Shown here piece after piece: positions 44,051 to 53,674 of a DNA stretch of 64,000 bases. Source of the DNA: an uncultured Alphaproteobacteria bacterium. GTDB lineage: Bacteria; Pseudomonadota; Alphaproteobacteria; RF32; CAG-239. The stretch lies in the NCBI GenBank assembly GCA_934248075.1, contig CAKQKH010000001.1:51771-115770 (forward strand). Direction: 5' to 3'. Made by a program: the position numbers and the translations under genes. Numbering within the stretch: the first letter of the stretch is position 1; each line of letters begins with the position of its first letter. The notes below the pieces were generated by a model, which did no database searches, was not told the origin of the DNA, and saw only the letters and a program-made list of their open reading frames with translations.

Positions 44051-45898
44051 ATGAATCTCGAATATGATGTAATTGTTATCGGTGGTGGTCATGCCGGATG
44101 TGAGGCTTGCGCGGCCGCCGCCCGCCTTGGCGCCAATACAGCTTTGCTTACTCATAAAATTTCCACTATTGGAGAAATGTCTTGTAATCCGGCTATTGGT
44201 GGCTTAGGTAAAGGCCATTTGGTTAGAGAAATAGATGCTCTTGACGGTCTCATGGCCAAAGTGATTGATAAAGCCGGTATTCAGTTTAGAATGCTAAATG
44301 CGTCTAAAGGACCGGCAGTGCGTGGCCCTCGCGCTCAGGCTGATAGAGACTTATATAAAAAATATATGCTGGAAGCTCTGCAACAACAGCCCAACCTTAC
44401 TATAATAGAAGCTGCTGCAGAGGGTTTTGTTTTTGATGGTGATAATATTTGTGGTGTTAAACTTGCCGATGGCACAGAATTAAAAGCTCGCGCTGTCGTC
44501 TTAACATCAGGAACTTTTTTAAATGGTGTTATGTTTATAGGTCATCAAACCTCAATTGGTGGCCGTGTTAATGATGTTACCTGCACAGGAATAACACCGT
44601 ATTTAAAGTCTAAAGGATTAAAAATAGGTCGTCTCAAAACCGGAACCCCTGCCCGACTTAATGGCAAAACTATTAATTGGTCAATCTTAGAAACTCAAGA
44701 AGGTGATGAAAATCCGCAACCTTTTTCTTTTTTAACCAAAACCATTACCAATCCGCAAATAAAATGTTACGTAACCCATACGAATGAACGCACTCATAAA
44801 ATTATTCGGGATAATTTTTCTAAATGTGCCTTATTTTCTGGTTTAATTACCGGTGTCGGGCCTCGTTATTGCCCTAGTATTGAGGATAAACTAGTTAAAT
44901 TTGCTGATCGTACCAGCCACCAAATATTTCTTGAGCCTGAAGGCTTAAACACTGATGTCGTATATCCCAATGGTATTTCAACATCGTTGCCTGCAGATAT
45001 TCAGGAACAATTTATTCATACTATGGAAGGTTTGGAAAATGTAGAAATATTGCGTCCTGCCTACGCCATAGAATATGATTATGTTGATCCTCAAGAATTG
45101 GATAGCACTCTTGCGGTCAAAAAAATTTCAGGGCTTTATCTGGCCGGACAGATAAATGGCACAACCGGATACGAGGAAGCCGCCGCCCAAGGTGTTTTGG
45201 CTGGTATAAATGCAGCTTTATATTCAGCCGGAAATAATCAAAAATTTATTATCGACCGTTCAGAAGGCTATATTGGTGTAATGGTTGATGATCTTATTAC
45301 TAAAGGTGTTGACGAACCATATCGTATGTTCACATCTCGTTCAGAATATAGGTTGTTTTTGCGCGCTGATAACGCCGATCAAAGACTAACTGAAAAAGGT
45401 TGGAAAATTGGTTGTGTTAGTAATTATAGATACAGTGTATTTAAAGCTAAAAAGCAGGCTATTGATAATTTTAGACTTGAAGCAGAACAAAAATTTATAT
45501 TACCGGCAGAAATGGAAAAACATGGCATTTTAGTAAAGCAAGATGGCGTCCGCCGCACCGCTTATAATCTAATGTCATATCACGATGTTTCACGTGAAAC
45601 CATAAATTCTATTTGGCCTGAATTTAAAAATGTTTCTGATGATATTTATGAACAAGTCGAAATCGAAGCCAAATATTCCGGTTACATTAAAAGACAATTA
45701 GCCGATATAGAAGTTTTCAAAAAAGATGAAAACCTTCATCTGCGAGAAGATATTGATTACAATCAAATAGGTGGCTTGTCTCGTGAAATGGTTAGCAAAC
45801 TGTCAAAAGTGCGTCCATCTACAATTGGCGAAGCTTCGCGCATACCTGGTGTCACACCTGCCGCCATAACCGCAATTTTAGGATATCTAAAAAAATGA
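44051..45898 (+). CDS. mnmG: tRNA uridine-5-carboxymethylaminomethyl synthesis enzyme MnmG (GidA)
   Basis: [37 protein letters not shown] and [19 protein letters not shown]. Confidence 0.92.
   Translation: MNLEYDVIVIGGGHAGCEACAAAARLGANTALLTHKISTIGEMSCNPAIGGLGKGHLVREIDALDGLMAKVIDKAGIQFRMLNASKGPAVRGPRAQADRDLYKKYMLEALQQQPNLTIIEAAAEGFVFDGDNICGVKLADGTELKARAVVLTSGTFLNGVMFIGHQTSIGGRVNDVTCTGITPYLKSKGLKIGRLKTGTPARLNGKTINWSILETQEGDENPQPFSFLTKTITNPQIKCYVTHTNERTHKIIRDNFSKCALFSGLITGVGPRYCPSIEDKLVKFADRTSHQIFLEPEGLNTDVVYPNGISTSLPADIQEQFIHTMEGLENVEILRPAYAIEYDYVDPQELDSTLAVKKISGLYLAGQINGTTGYEEAAAQGVLAGINAALYSAGNNQKFIIDRSEGYIGVMVDDLITKGVDEPYRMFTSRSEYRLFLRADNADQRLTEKGWKIGCVSNYRYSVFKAKKQAIDNFRLEAEQKFILPAEMEKHGILVKQDGVRRTAYNLMSYHDVSRETINSIWPEFKNVSDDIYEQVEIEAKYSGYIKRQLADIEVFKKDENLHLREDIDYNQIGGLSREMVSKLSKVRPSTIGEASRIPGVTPAAITAILGYLKK
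45586..45601. promoter_or_regulatory. parS-like site (15/16 match)
   Basis: TGTTTCACGTGAAACC against the consensus TGTTTCACGTGAAACA. It lies inside the 3' part of mnmG. Confidence 0.6.
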
Positions 45899-46521
45899 TT
45901 CGTTATTATCCCACTCTTCAACAAGCTCAGAAAATTTGGCAAGAGGGCTTGGATTATCGTACTCAGACAACCAATTATGTTAATCGCGAAGATTATATTT
46001 TTCATACGCGCGGAGTGGCTGAGGCTGCAAAAATAATCGCTGCTCATACCAAAGATATGGATCCTGAAAAAGCTTATATATTAGGGCTGCTTCATGATTA
46101 TGGTAAAAAATATGACGAGAAAGCATGTGGACTTTTTCACGGACAAGTAGGCTTTGATGAAATGAATAATATGGGATATTATGATGTGGCAAAAATTTGT
46201 CTTACACATTCATTTCCTCGTAAAGATTTTGAAGAAATTCATTACACATCATATCTTCCAGAATGGATTCAATGGGCAAAACATGAATTATCTAAAGTTG
46301 ATTATGATGATTATGATCGTCTGATACAACTATGTGATATGTTTTTTGAAGCTACTCAAAAAGTCGATTTTGAAACAAGATTTAAAAAAATTATTGAGCG
46401 TTACAATTTATCTTCTGACGTTATAAACGTGTTAAGGGAAGATGCTGAGCGTAATCTAAAATATTTTGAAAACAAAACCGGCTGCAACATTTATGATTTG
46501 TTAAATATAAAACATTTATAA
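45895..46521 (+). CDS. HD-domain phosphohydrolase (YqeK-like), copy 1
   Basis: [14 protein letters not shown]...[15 protein letters not shown]...FHG..G...LTHSF...LIQLCD gives the H..HD..H..H..D metal ligand series. An ATGA overlap links it to the mnmG stop. Confidence 0.65.
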   Translation: MIRYYPTLQQAQKIWQEGLDYRTQTTNYVNREDYIFHTRGVAEAAKIIAAHTKDMDPEKAYILGLLHDYGKKYDEKACGLFHGQVGFDEMNNMGYYDVAKICLTHSFPRKDFEEIHYTSYLPEWIQWAKHELSKVDYDDYDRLIQLCDMFFEATQKVDFETRFKKIIERYNLSSDVINVLREDAERNLKYFENKTGCNIYDLLNIKHL

Positions 46522-46544
46522 TATTTAGCGTTAGGATTTTTATA

Positions 46545-47165
46545 ATGACTTTACCATCACTTACTGAAGCGAAAAAACTTTTTGAAAAAGCCTGTCTGGT
46601 TACTGATGAAAATAATTTAAAAGATGGTCTTGTTAAAGGTATATCTCGCCGACACTATCTTCGTGTTGCAGAAAACGCAAAATTAATTGCAAGTAAAACA
46701 GCGTATTTAAACCCTGAAAAGGCATATATTCTTGGGCTATTACATGATTACGGCGAATGTGTGGTATATGGTAATAATTCTTTATTTCACGGTACTACTG
46801 GCTATGATGAAATGATGAAACTTGGGTATGATGAAGTTGCTAAAGTTTGTCTGACACATAGTTTTTTCTGTGAAGATATTGATCCTGATGAGTATCTGTC
46901 TTACCCCAGAGATGAAATACTGCGTGCCGCAGATTATATAAAAGAGCACCCGCTTGATGATTATGATAAATTAATTCAGGTAAGTGATCTAATGGTAAAA
47001 CGCGATAAAAACACCAATATAAGTGACCGATTAGATTTTGTAGCTGCCAAATATCATGTTTCATCAGATGTTATAAAGCGCAAGAAACTATCAGCTTTGA
47101 ATCTTAAAAACTACTTTGATAACCTTTGTGGACAAGATATTTATCAAATTGTGGGAATAATTTAA
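46545..47165 (+). CDS. HD-domain phosphohydrolase (YqeK-like), copy 2
   Basis: Paralogue of copy 1, about 40-45% identical by eye. Shared blocks are [47 protein letters not shown] and SSDVI. Confidence 0.65.
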   Translation: MTLPSLTEAKKLFEKACLVTDENNLKDGLVKGISRRHYLRVAENAKLIASKTAYLNPEKAYILGLLHDYGECVVYGNNSLFHGTTGYDEMMKLGYDEVAKVCLTHSFFCEDIDPDEYLSYPRDEILRAADYIKEHPLDDYDKLIQVSDLMVKRDKNTNISDRLDFVAAKYHVSSDVIKRKKLSALNLKNYFDNLCGQDIYQIVGII

Positions 47166-47965
47166 TGCAAGATTTCTCTTATCATACACACAATAACACA
47201 CAAGGCCTTGCTGATGGTAAAAATACTTGCGAGGAAATGATATCTAAGGCCGAGGAAATAGGTTTTAGTGAGATTGGTGTGAGCAATCATCTTATATATC
47301 ACCCTAATATATCATTAAATCATACGCAAAACTTTAATAATTTTAATAAAGCCCTTGATTATGCTCAAAAAAATATTGATGAAATAAGAGAAACAGCTGA
47401 TCGCCATAAAATAAAAGTTTATGCTGGCTTTGAGGTTGATTATTTTCCGTCTGCGATCTGGCGTAATGCCTTTGAAAAAATAATTAATACAGTCAAGCCT
47501 GACTATTTGATAGCCTCAGCTCACAATGCAATTAGTAAAGATGAAAAACTTATCTATAATCTTTGGCATATTTCGACTCCGATAGATGATGATATGAAAC
47601 AATATCTGATAAATTATTGGCAAAACCTGATTGATTGTATTAAAAGCGGATATTTTAACTTTGTAGCTCACTGTGATTTGGCTTCAAATCTAGGCGTTTG
47701 TGCAGGGGAAGAATGGATTGAGTGGCGCTGGAAGGTAATAGAAGCTATAAAATCGCAAAACCTTCCCTTTGAGATTAACACAAAAGGGATATATCGTTGT
47801 GGTCGCCCCAGCCCTGATTGGTGGATGATAAAAGAGCTTATTGCTTCCGGTGTGCCAACCCTAATCAGTGATGATGCTCACAGTATAGATATGTTGGGAA
47901 GTTATTACTCTGATGTTGAGGCAGAGCTATCCAAAATTCCCAATGTAAAACGTTTCCGTTTTTAA
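47165..47965 (+). CDS. PHP-domain phosphoesterase (HisJ/histidinol-phosphatase family)
   Basis: YHTHN...DG, GVSNHL, GFEVDY, SAHN, VAHCD, EINT and SDDAHS give the PHP metal-ligand series. A TAATG overlap links it to the HD copy 2 stop. Confidence 0.7.
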   Translation: MQDFSYHTHNNTQGLADGKNTCEEMISKAEEIGFSEIGVSNHLIYHPNISLNHTQNFNNFNKALDYAQKNIDEIRETADRHKIKVYAGFEVDYFPSAIWRNAFEKIINTVKPDYLIASAHNAISKDEKLIYNLWHISTPIDDDMKQYLINYWQNLIDCIKSGYFNFVAHCDLASNLGVCAGEEWIEWRWKVIEAIKSQNLPFEINTKGIYRCGRPSPDWWMIKELIASGVPTLISDDAHSIDMLGSYYSDVEAELSKIPNVKRFRF

Positions 47966-48091
47966 TATTTTGATTCAATGAATAGTGTTTAACTTATTGA
48001 AATAAGAGTCTATTTAAAAATATGGCAATAAGGTGTTTATAACTCATCTTTTTGTATTTTAAATTTTTCATAAAAATTATATAAATAACTT

Positions 48092-48718
48092 ATGAAAAAT
48101 TTTTGCGACACATACAATGTTTCACGTGAAACATTTGATAAATTAAAGCACTACCAATCAATGTTGATTGAATGGCAGTCAAAGTTTAATTTGGTCAGCT
48201 CTTCCACATTAGATGATGCTTGGAATCGCCACTTTTTAGACTCTGTTCAACTGTTTCAATATATTCCTAATCAAGCTAAAGTATTATATGATTTTGGCTC
48301 TGGCGCTGGGTTTCCTGGTATGGTGCTGGCTATAATGGCTAATGAAAAAATGCCTGATTTGCAGGTTAGCTTAATTGAAAGCACAACTAAAAAAACACTG
48401 TATTTAAACGCGGTCAAGTCAGAAACAAATACTAATGTTACAATTTTAAATGATCGAATTGAAAATTTACAACTTCCAAAGGCTGATGTGATAACATCAA
48501 GGGCAATGGCCTCATTAACGGAGCTTTTGGGTTATGCTTACAAATTTTGTAAAAAAGAATCTGTTTGCATTTTTCCTAAAGGTAAAAAATATGCCGAGGA
48601 ATTGTCAGAGGCGCATAAACGTTGGAAGTTTAAATGCCAAATTGTTGCCAGCACCCAAAGTGATGAAGGCAAAATTTTAATCATAACCAATTTATCAAAA
48701 GTAAAAGGAGAAAAGTAA
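48092..48718 (+). CDS. rsmG: 16S rRNA m7G527 methyltransferase RsmG (GidB)
   Basis: NLVS......W.RHFLDS and DFGSGAGFPGMVLAI motifs, in position before parAB. Confidence 0.9.
   Translation: MKNFCDTYNVSRETFDKLKHYQSMLIEWQSKFNLVSSSTLDDAWNRHFLDSVQLFQYIPNQAKVLYDFGSGAGFPGMVLAIMANEKMPDLQVSLIESTTKKTLYLNAVKSETNTNVTILNDRIENLQLPKADVITSRAMASLTELLGYAYKFCKKESVCIFPKGKKYAEELSEAHKRWKFKCQIVASTQSDEGKILIITNLSKVKGEK
48118..48133. promoter_or_regulatory. parS centromere-like site, perfect palindrome
   Basis: TGTTTCACGTGAAACA, a 16/16 match to the canonical parS, 26 nt into rsmG and about 600 bp upstream of parA. Confidence 0.8.
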
Positions 48719-49498
48719 ATGCCAAGAATCTTAGCTGTTGCAAATCGCAAAGGCGGCGTTGGTAAAACTACCACGACGGTTAATGTTGCTACGGCGATGG
48801 CTGCGGCCGGCAAAAAAGTTTTGGTAGTTGATTTGGATCCGCAAGGCAACGCCTCTACCTCAATGGGAATTAACAAAAAAGGTCGCATGGCTTCTAGTTA
48901 TGAAGTTTTATTGGGTGAAAAACGTCTTACAGACGCTGTTGTTTGGACTGAAATACCAAACTTTTCTCTTATTCCCTCATCTCCGGATTTGGCCGGAGCA
49001 GAAGTTGAGTTGGTAGATATGCCAAACCGAGAATATGCATTAAAAAAGGCGTTGATTAAAGATGCCGTTAACTATGACTACATTTTGATAGATTGTCCCC
49101 CTTCCCTAAGCTTGGTAACTATAAATGCGCTGGTGGCTGCCGATGCTGTTATTGTGCCGTTGCAGTGTGAATTTTTGGCCTTGGAGGGGGTCACTGATTT
49201 GATACGTAATATCAATCAGATTAAAAAGAAATTTAATCCCTCGTTGGCGTTGCATGGTGTTGTTCTTACAATGTATGATAAACGCAATAATCTCAGCCAA
49301 ATGGTTGAAGATGATGTCAGAAACTTTTTTGGTAAAAAGGTATATGATACAGTAATCCCGCGTAATGTCAGAATTTCTGAAGCCCCTTCGCACGGTAAAC
49401 CGGTGTTAATTTATGATTTTAAATGTCCGGGATCTCAGGCATATATCAGTTTGGCCGGAGAAGTCTTAAAAAGAGAAAAGGAATTGATAGCATGTTAG
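48719..49498 (+). CDS. parA: Chromosome partitioning ATPase ParA
   Basis: Deviant Walker A NRKGGVGKTTT, then DLDPQGN and IDCPPSL. Confidence 0.92.
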   Translation: MPRILAVANRKGGVGKTTTTVNVATAMAAAGKKVLVVDLDPQGNASTSMGINKKGRMASSYEVLLGEKRLTDAVVWTEIPNFSLIPSSPDLAGAEVELVDMPNREYALKKALIKDAVNYDYILIDCPPSLSLVTINALVAADAVIVPLQCEFLALEGVTDLIRNINQIKKKFNPSLALHGVVLTMYDKRNNLSQMVEDDVRNFFGKKVYDTVIPRNVRISEAPSHGKPVLIYDFKCPGSQAYISLAGEVLKREKELIAC

Positions 49499-50487
49499 AT
49501 AATGAATTAGATGAGTTGCTAAAAGATAATAATCAGCTTGCTGACAATCACAGTAGTCACAAACGCAAGAGCTTAGGGCGCGGCTTAAACGCATTGCTTG
49601 GTGATGATGAAGATGATAATACGATTGATTCGACTGCTGCGACTAATAGCATAGATATAGACCAAATTGTCGCCGGCAAATATCAACCGCGCACAGAATT
49701 TGATAGTGATGCAATATTAGCCTTATCAGATTCAATAAAAGAGCGTGGTATATTACAGCCGTTGTTGGTGCGCCCGCTGGGAGATAAATATGAAATTATC
49801 GCCGGTGAGCGTCGTTGGCGCGCCGCCCAAATTGCCGGACTGACAAAAGTTCCGGTTGTAATAAAAGAATTTAGTGATGCTGAGGTTCTTGAAGCCGCTC
49901 TGGTTGAAAATATAATGCGCGAAGATCTATCTGCCATTGATGAAGCGGAAGGCTATCAACGCTTAATAGATGAATTTTCGCATACTCAGGAGGCATTGGC
50001 ACAAATATTTGGCAAATCACGTAGTCATATTGCTAATATGTTGCGCTTGCTTACTTTGCCACAAGATATTAAAGAGTTAGTCAAAAATGGCAAACTGTCA
50101 GCCGGTCATGCTCGCGCTTTGGTTGGACTCGAAAATCAACAATCTCTCGCCAAACAGATTATTGACAAAGAATTAAGTGTTCGTCAAACTGAAGAGCTGG
50201 TAGCCAAGCAAAAGGCTCCTAAAGAACCAAAAGCGAAAACGGAAAAGAATTCTGATATTGCCGATATTGAGCGAGATTTGGTAAAAAGTTTGGGGTTGCG
50301 GATTAAAATCACTCCCAATAAACAAGGCGGAGGAAAAGTTGTTTTACAATATTCTTCTGTTGCTGAACTAGATATGATTATAGAAACTCTTGAGCAGAAA
50401 CGTCGCGGAGAAAATAATCAGAACAGTGTATTTAAAGCGCCGGAAACTTCGGCTAATGAAAAGTTTTCAATTAAAATCGTTGATTAA
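49492..50487 (+). CDS. parB: Chromosome partitioning protein ParB
   Basis: GLGRGLNALL, ParB box QPRTEFD, IIAGERRWRAA and HTH THTQEALAQIFGKSRSHIANMLRLL. ATG 49492 overlaps the parA stop. Confidence 0.9.
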   Translation: MLDNELDELLKDNNQLADNHSSHKRKSLGRGLNALLGDDEDDNTIDSTAATNSIDIDQIVAGKYQPRTEFDSDAILALSDSIKERGILQPLLVRPLGDKYEIIAGERRWRAAQIAGLTKVPVVIKEFSDAEVLEAALVENIMREDLSAIDEAEGYQRLIDEFSHTQEALAQIFGKSRSHIANMLRLLTLPQDIKELVKNGKLSAGHARALVGLENQQSLAKQIIDKELSVRQTEELVAKQKAPKEPKAKTEKNSDIADIERDLVKSLGLRIKITPNKQGGGKVVLQYSSVAELDMIIETLEQKRRGENNQNSVFKAPETSANEKFSIKIVD

Positions 50488-50502
50488 TAAAGGAAAAAAA
50501 CT

Positions 50503-50739
50503 ATGACTATATTGGATAAAATGTTGGAAAACTGCGAAAAAGCAGGCTATGCCACAACAAAAAATGTTCAAAAAATTGCCAATGCAAAACAAATGATGTT
50601 TGGTGAAAAAGAATGGCAGCGTTGCCCTTGCGATGGCAATAATCCTGCTCGTTATTGCATCTCTGAAACCTGCCGCGCCGATATTGAGCGTGATGGCGAA
50701 TGTCATTGTCACTGCTATTGCAAAAAAGACATTGCTTAA
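50503..50739 (+). CDS. Small Cys-rich protein, ferredoxin-thioredoxin-reductase catalytic-chain-like
   Basis: 78 aa. CPC-x9-C-x4-C-x9-CHCHCYC resembles the CPC...C.C...CHC arrangement of FTR beta chains. The call comes from the Cys pattern only. Confidence 0.35.
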   Translation: MTILDKMLENCEKAGYATTKNVQKIANAKQMMFGEKEWQRCPCDGNNPARYCISETCRADIERDGECHCHCYCKKDIA

Positions 50740-50757
50740 TTTTTAGCTCAGTTAAAA

Positions 50758-50786
50758 ACAGCTCCTTTTTAAGGAGCTGTTTTTTT
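50758..50786. terminator. Bidirectional rho-independent terminator
   Basis: ACAGCTCCTT (50758-50767), loop TTT, AAGGAGCTGT (50771-50780), then a T-run. A-rich upstream, between convergent genes. Confidence 0.65.
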
Positions 50787-51858
50787 AGACTTTATCAAAA
50801 TTTATTCGTGGATCAATCCATGAATAAAGGATATCTGATAGCAATTTTAGAATTAATCCTAATAAAGCAAAAATATACAAAGTGCCGAATATCACCGGAT
50901 AATCTCTGGTCATTATTGCTTCATATCCCAATAGTCCCAAACCATTTAAGGAAAAAATCACCTCTATCAGCAGAGATCCTGTAAAAAGCATTTTAATTAA
51001 GAGAGTAGGGAAGCCTGCAATCACAATCAGCATAGCATTACGAAACACATGGTTGTACAATATTTGATTTTGACTCAAGCCTTTTGCTTTGGCTGTCAAA
51101 ACGTATTGTTTGCCCAGTTCATCTAAAAATGAGTTTTTAGTCAACATAGTTAAACCGGCAAATCCCCCAATAACCATGGCCGTTACCGGTAAAGTAATAT
51201 GCCAAAAATAATCTGTTATTTTTTTCCACCATGAAAAAGATTCCCAACCATCAGAGGTTAATCCGCTAAGAGGAAACCAATGCAAATATGTGCCGCCGGC
51301 AAAAAAGACAATCAAAAACACCGCAAATAAAAATACCGGAATTGCAGACCCTAACACTACCGCAAACGATGTCCAAATATCAAATTTTGAACCATCATAA
51401 ACCGCTTTTTTAATCCCCAGCGGAATAGCTATCAGATATATAATCAGCGTTGACCATAATCCCAAAGATATTGAAACCGGCATTCTTTCTTTTATTAATT
51501 GCCAAACAGTCTTATCCTTATAAAAACTTTTTCCAAAGTCAAATCTGGCATATCCTTTTAACATTTTTCCAAAACGAATATGTGCCGGCTGATCAAATCC
51601 AAACTGTTTTTCCAGCTCTTTAATCATATCCTCAGGCACACCTCTGGCGCCCTGATATTTGTCCGATATTTTATCTTGTGTAAATTCTTTGGTTCCCGAT
51701 ATAGCTCCTTTAGCATCAACATTCATTCCGCTGTATTGAGCCAAAACGTGTTCTACTGGTCCGCCCGGAGCAAATTGAATTATAATAAAATTAACCGCCA
51801 AAATTCCCAATAATGTAAAAGGGATAAGCAATAGCCTTTTTAATATGTAATTGCGCAT
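50785..51858 (-). CDS. yejB: ABC transporter permease, oligopeptide/microcin-C type (YejB/OppB-like)
   Basis: MRNYILKRLLLIPFTLLGILAVNFIIIQFAPGGPVE N-terminus and an EAA-like loop LDELGKQYVLTAKAKGLSQNQILYNHVFRNA. ATG 51858. Confidence 0.8.
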   Translation of the reverse strand: MRNYILKRLLLIPFTLLGILAVNFIIIQFAPGGPVEHVLAQYSGMNVDAKGAISGTKEFTQDKISDKYQGARGVPEDMIKELEKQFGFDQPAHIRFGKMLKGYARFDFGKSFYKDKTVWQLIKERMPVSISLGLWSTLIIYLIAIPLGIKKAVYDGSKFDIWTSFAVVLGSAIPVFLFAVFLIVFFAGGTYLHWFPLSGLTSDGWESFSWWKKITDYFWHITLPVTAMVIGGFAGLTMLTKNSFLDELGKQYVLTAKAKGLSQNQILYNHVFRNAMLIVIAGFPTLLIKMLFTGSLLIEVIFSLNGLGLLGYEAIMTRDYPVIFGTLYIFALLGLILKLLSDILYSWIDPRINFDKV

Positions 51859-51859
51859 A

Positions 51860-53674
51860 TTATTTATCCCTCCACCATGTAAAAGGATCAAAACCAACCG
51901 GTGTGTCCATAATCTGGTGTTTTAACCCCTTATGATAAGCAACTCGATTGTGAGGAGAATACCACTGTGGAATAACATAATGTTCTTGCAGTAATACCCG
52001 ATCCAAAGCTCTTATTGATGCCAGATAATCTTCTTGATTATCTGCAGATATGATTCGTTTTATAATATCATCAATCACTGAATTTTTAATTCCTGTAATA
52101 TTGTACGAACCATGAACATCGGCAGATTGGCTTCCAAACATTTCTTTAAGTTCGTTTCCGGGAAGATTACTCATTCTAAAACCCAAAATAGCCATTTCGA
52201 AATCAAAGCTGTCCAAGCGGTTTTTGAAAATATTGGTTTCCAAATTGCGAAACGTCATTTTTACGCCGATTTTCTTTAGGTTTTCAATAAAAGGCAGCAT
52301 CACTCTGGTAAAAGCCGCGCCATTTGCTGAGTTGCTTAAAACCTCAATTTCCAGTGGCTTTCCTGTGTTTAAGTTAGTCATTTTGCAGTCAATAAAATCA
52401 TATCCGGCCGATTGTAAAAGTTTCACGGCTTGACGCAAATTAGCTCTGGTTTGTAGATAATCTTTATGGCTTGGAACACTTGGGTTTTCCGTAAAAACTG
52501 CCTGTGGTAGTTGATCCTTAAATTTGTTTAGAATATCCAGCTCTTTTCCTTGCGGAAGTCCTTTTGCCGCCATTACGGTGTTAGCAAAATAACTGTCGAT
52601 TCTCCGATATTGATTATAAAAAAGCTTGTCATTAGCCCAATCAAAATTAAAAGCCAATCCGATAGCCTGCCGAACACGTCGATCGGCAAATTGCGGTAAT
52701 CTGGTGTTAAATCCAAAAAATTGCAATGTTGCCGGTTGGTTATGGCGAATTTCTTCTTTGATAATCCGTCCTGATTTTACAATATCGTTATTGTAGCCAC
52801 TAACCCAATTTTTGGCGATATATTCTTCTCGTATATCTATCTCTCCGGCAAACAAAGCTTGCAAAGTAACCGTGGTGTCCTGATAATAATCATACCTGAC
52901 TTCAGCAAAATTAAAAAAGCATTTGCGTGAAGGTAAATTCTTACCCCAATAATTATTATTTTTCTTAAAAATCAAAAACTTACTTGGTGAAAACCGCTCT
53001 AATATATATGGTCCGCTTCCCAGTGGCGGCTGCAGCGACGGAGTTGAAAAATCCTTGTGTTCCCAGTCTTTGGCTGAAAATATCTTTAGTTGTGCCAATA
53101 TCAACGGCAATTCTTTGTTGGTAGAGTTGGGGTTAAAATAAAAGCGCACATGATAGTCATTTATTTTTTCTATTTTTTTTATATCCGCGTAATAAATTTT
53201 ATAAAATGGTGCGCCTTTTTTTATAATTGAATCAAAACTAAAGACAATATCATCGGCCGTAATTTTTGAGCCATCACTAAATCTAGCTTTTTCATCAATT
53301 ATAAAACCAATAAAAGAATGATCATCGGGGATTTCAAATTCTTTGGCAATCAGCGGATAGACAGATGTTTCGTCGTCAGTTGGAATAACTCCCAAACTGT
53401 CAAGCGTTAGAGCGGCAACTTCCGGCGAAGCGATTCCCTTAAATATAAACGGATTAAAACTGTCAAAACCTCCATAAGCCGGCATTGTTATTTTGCCGCC
53501 TTGTGGAGCTTTAGGATTAACATACGCAAAATGACTAAAGTCAGCTCCATATTTGGGGTTGTCATATATAGAAATAACCTTGCTTCGTCTGACTTCGGCG
53601 TGCGCGTTAATGCTTATTGCCAATAATGGAGCCAAAATTAGAGGCAGGAGCTTATTTTTTATAATTCTGTTCAT
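51860..53674 (-). CDS. yejA: ABC transporter substrate-binding protein, family 5 (YejA-like)
   Basis: About 604 aa with signal peptide MNRIIKNKLLPLILAPLLAISINAHA and an SBP_bac_5-type body (FNPF, GSGPY, RVRQAIGLAFNFDW). Confidence 0.8.
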   Translation of the reverse strand: MNRIIKNKLLPLILAPLLAISINAHAEVRRSKVISIYDNPKYGADFSHFAYVNPKAPQGGKITMPAYGGFDSFNPFIFKGIASPEVAALTLDSLGVIPTDDETSVYPLIAKEFEIPDDHSFIGFIIDEKARFSDGSKITADDIVFSFDSIIKKGAPFYKIYYADIKKIEKINDYHVRFYFNPNSTNKELPLILAQLKIFSAKDWEHKDFSTPSLQPPLGSGPYILERFSPSKFLIFKKNNNYWGKNLPSRKCFFNFAEVRYDYYQDTTVTLQALFAGEIDIREEYIAKNWVSGYNNDIVKSGRIIKEEIRHNQPATLQFFGFNTRLPQFADRRVRQAIGLAFNFDWANDKLFYNQYRRIDSYFANTVMAAKGLPQGKELDILNKFKDQLPQAVFTENPSVPSHKDYLQTRANLRQAVKLLQSAGYDFIDCKMTNLNTGKPLEIEVLSNSANGAAFTRVMLPFIENLKKIGVKMTFRNLETNIFKNRLDSFDFEMAILGFRMSNLPGNELKEMFGSQSADVHGSYNITGIKNSVIDDIIKRIISADNQEDYLASIRALDRVLLQEHYVIPQWYSPHNRVAYHKGLKHQIMDTPVGFDPFTWWRDK

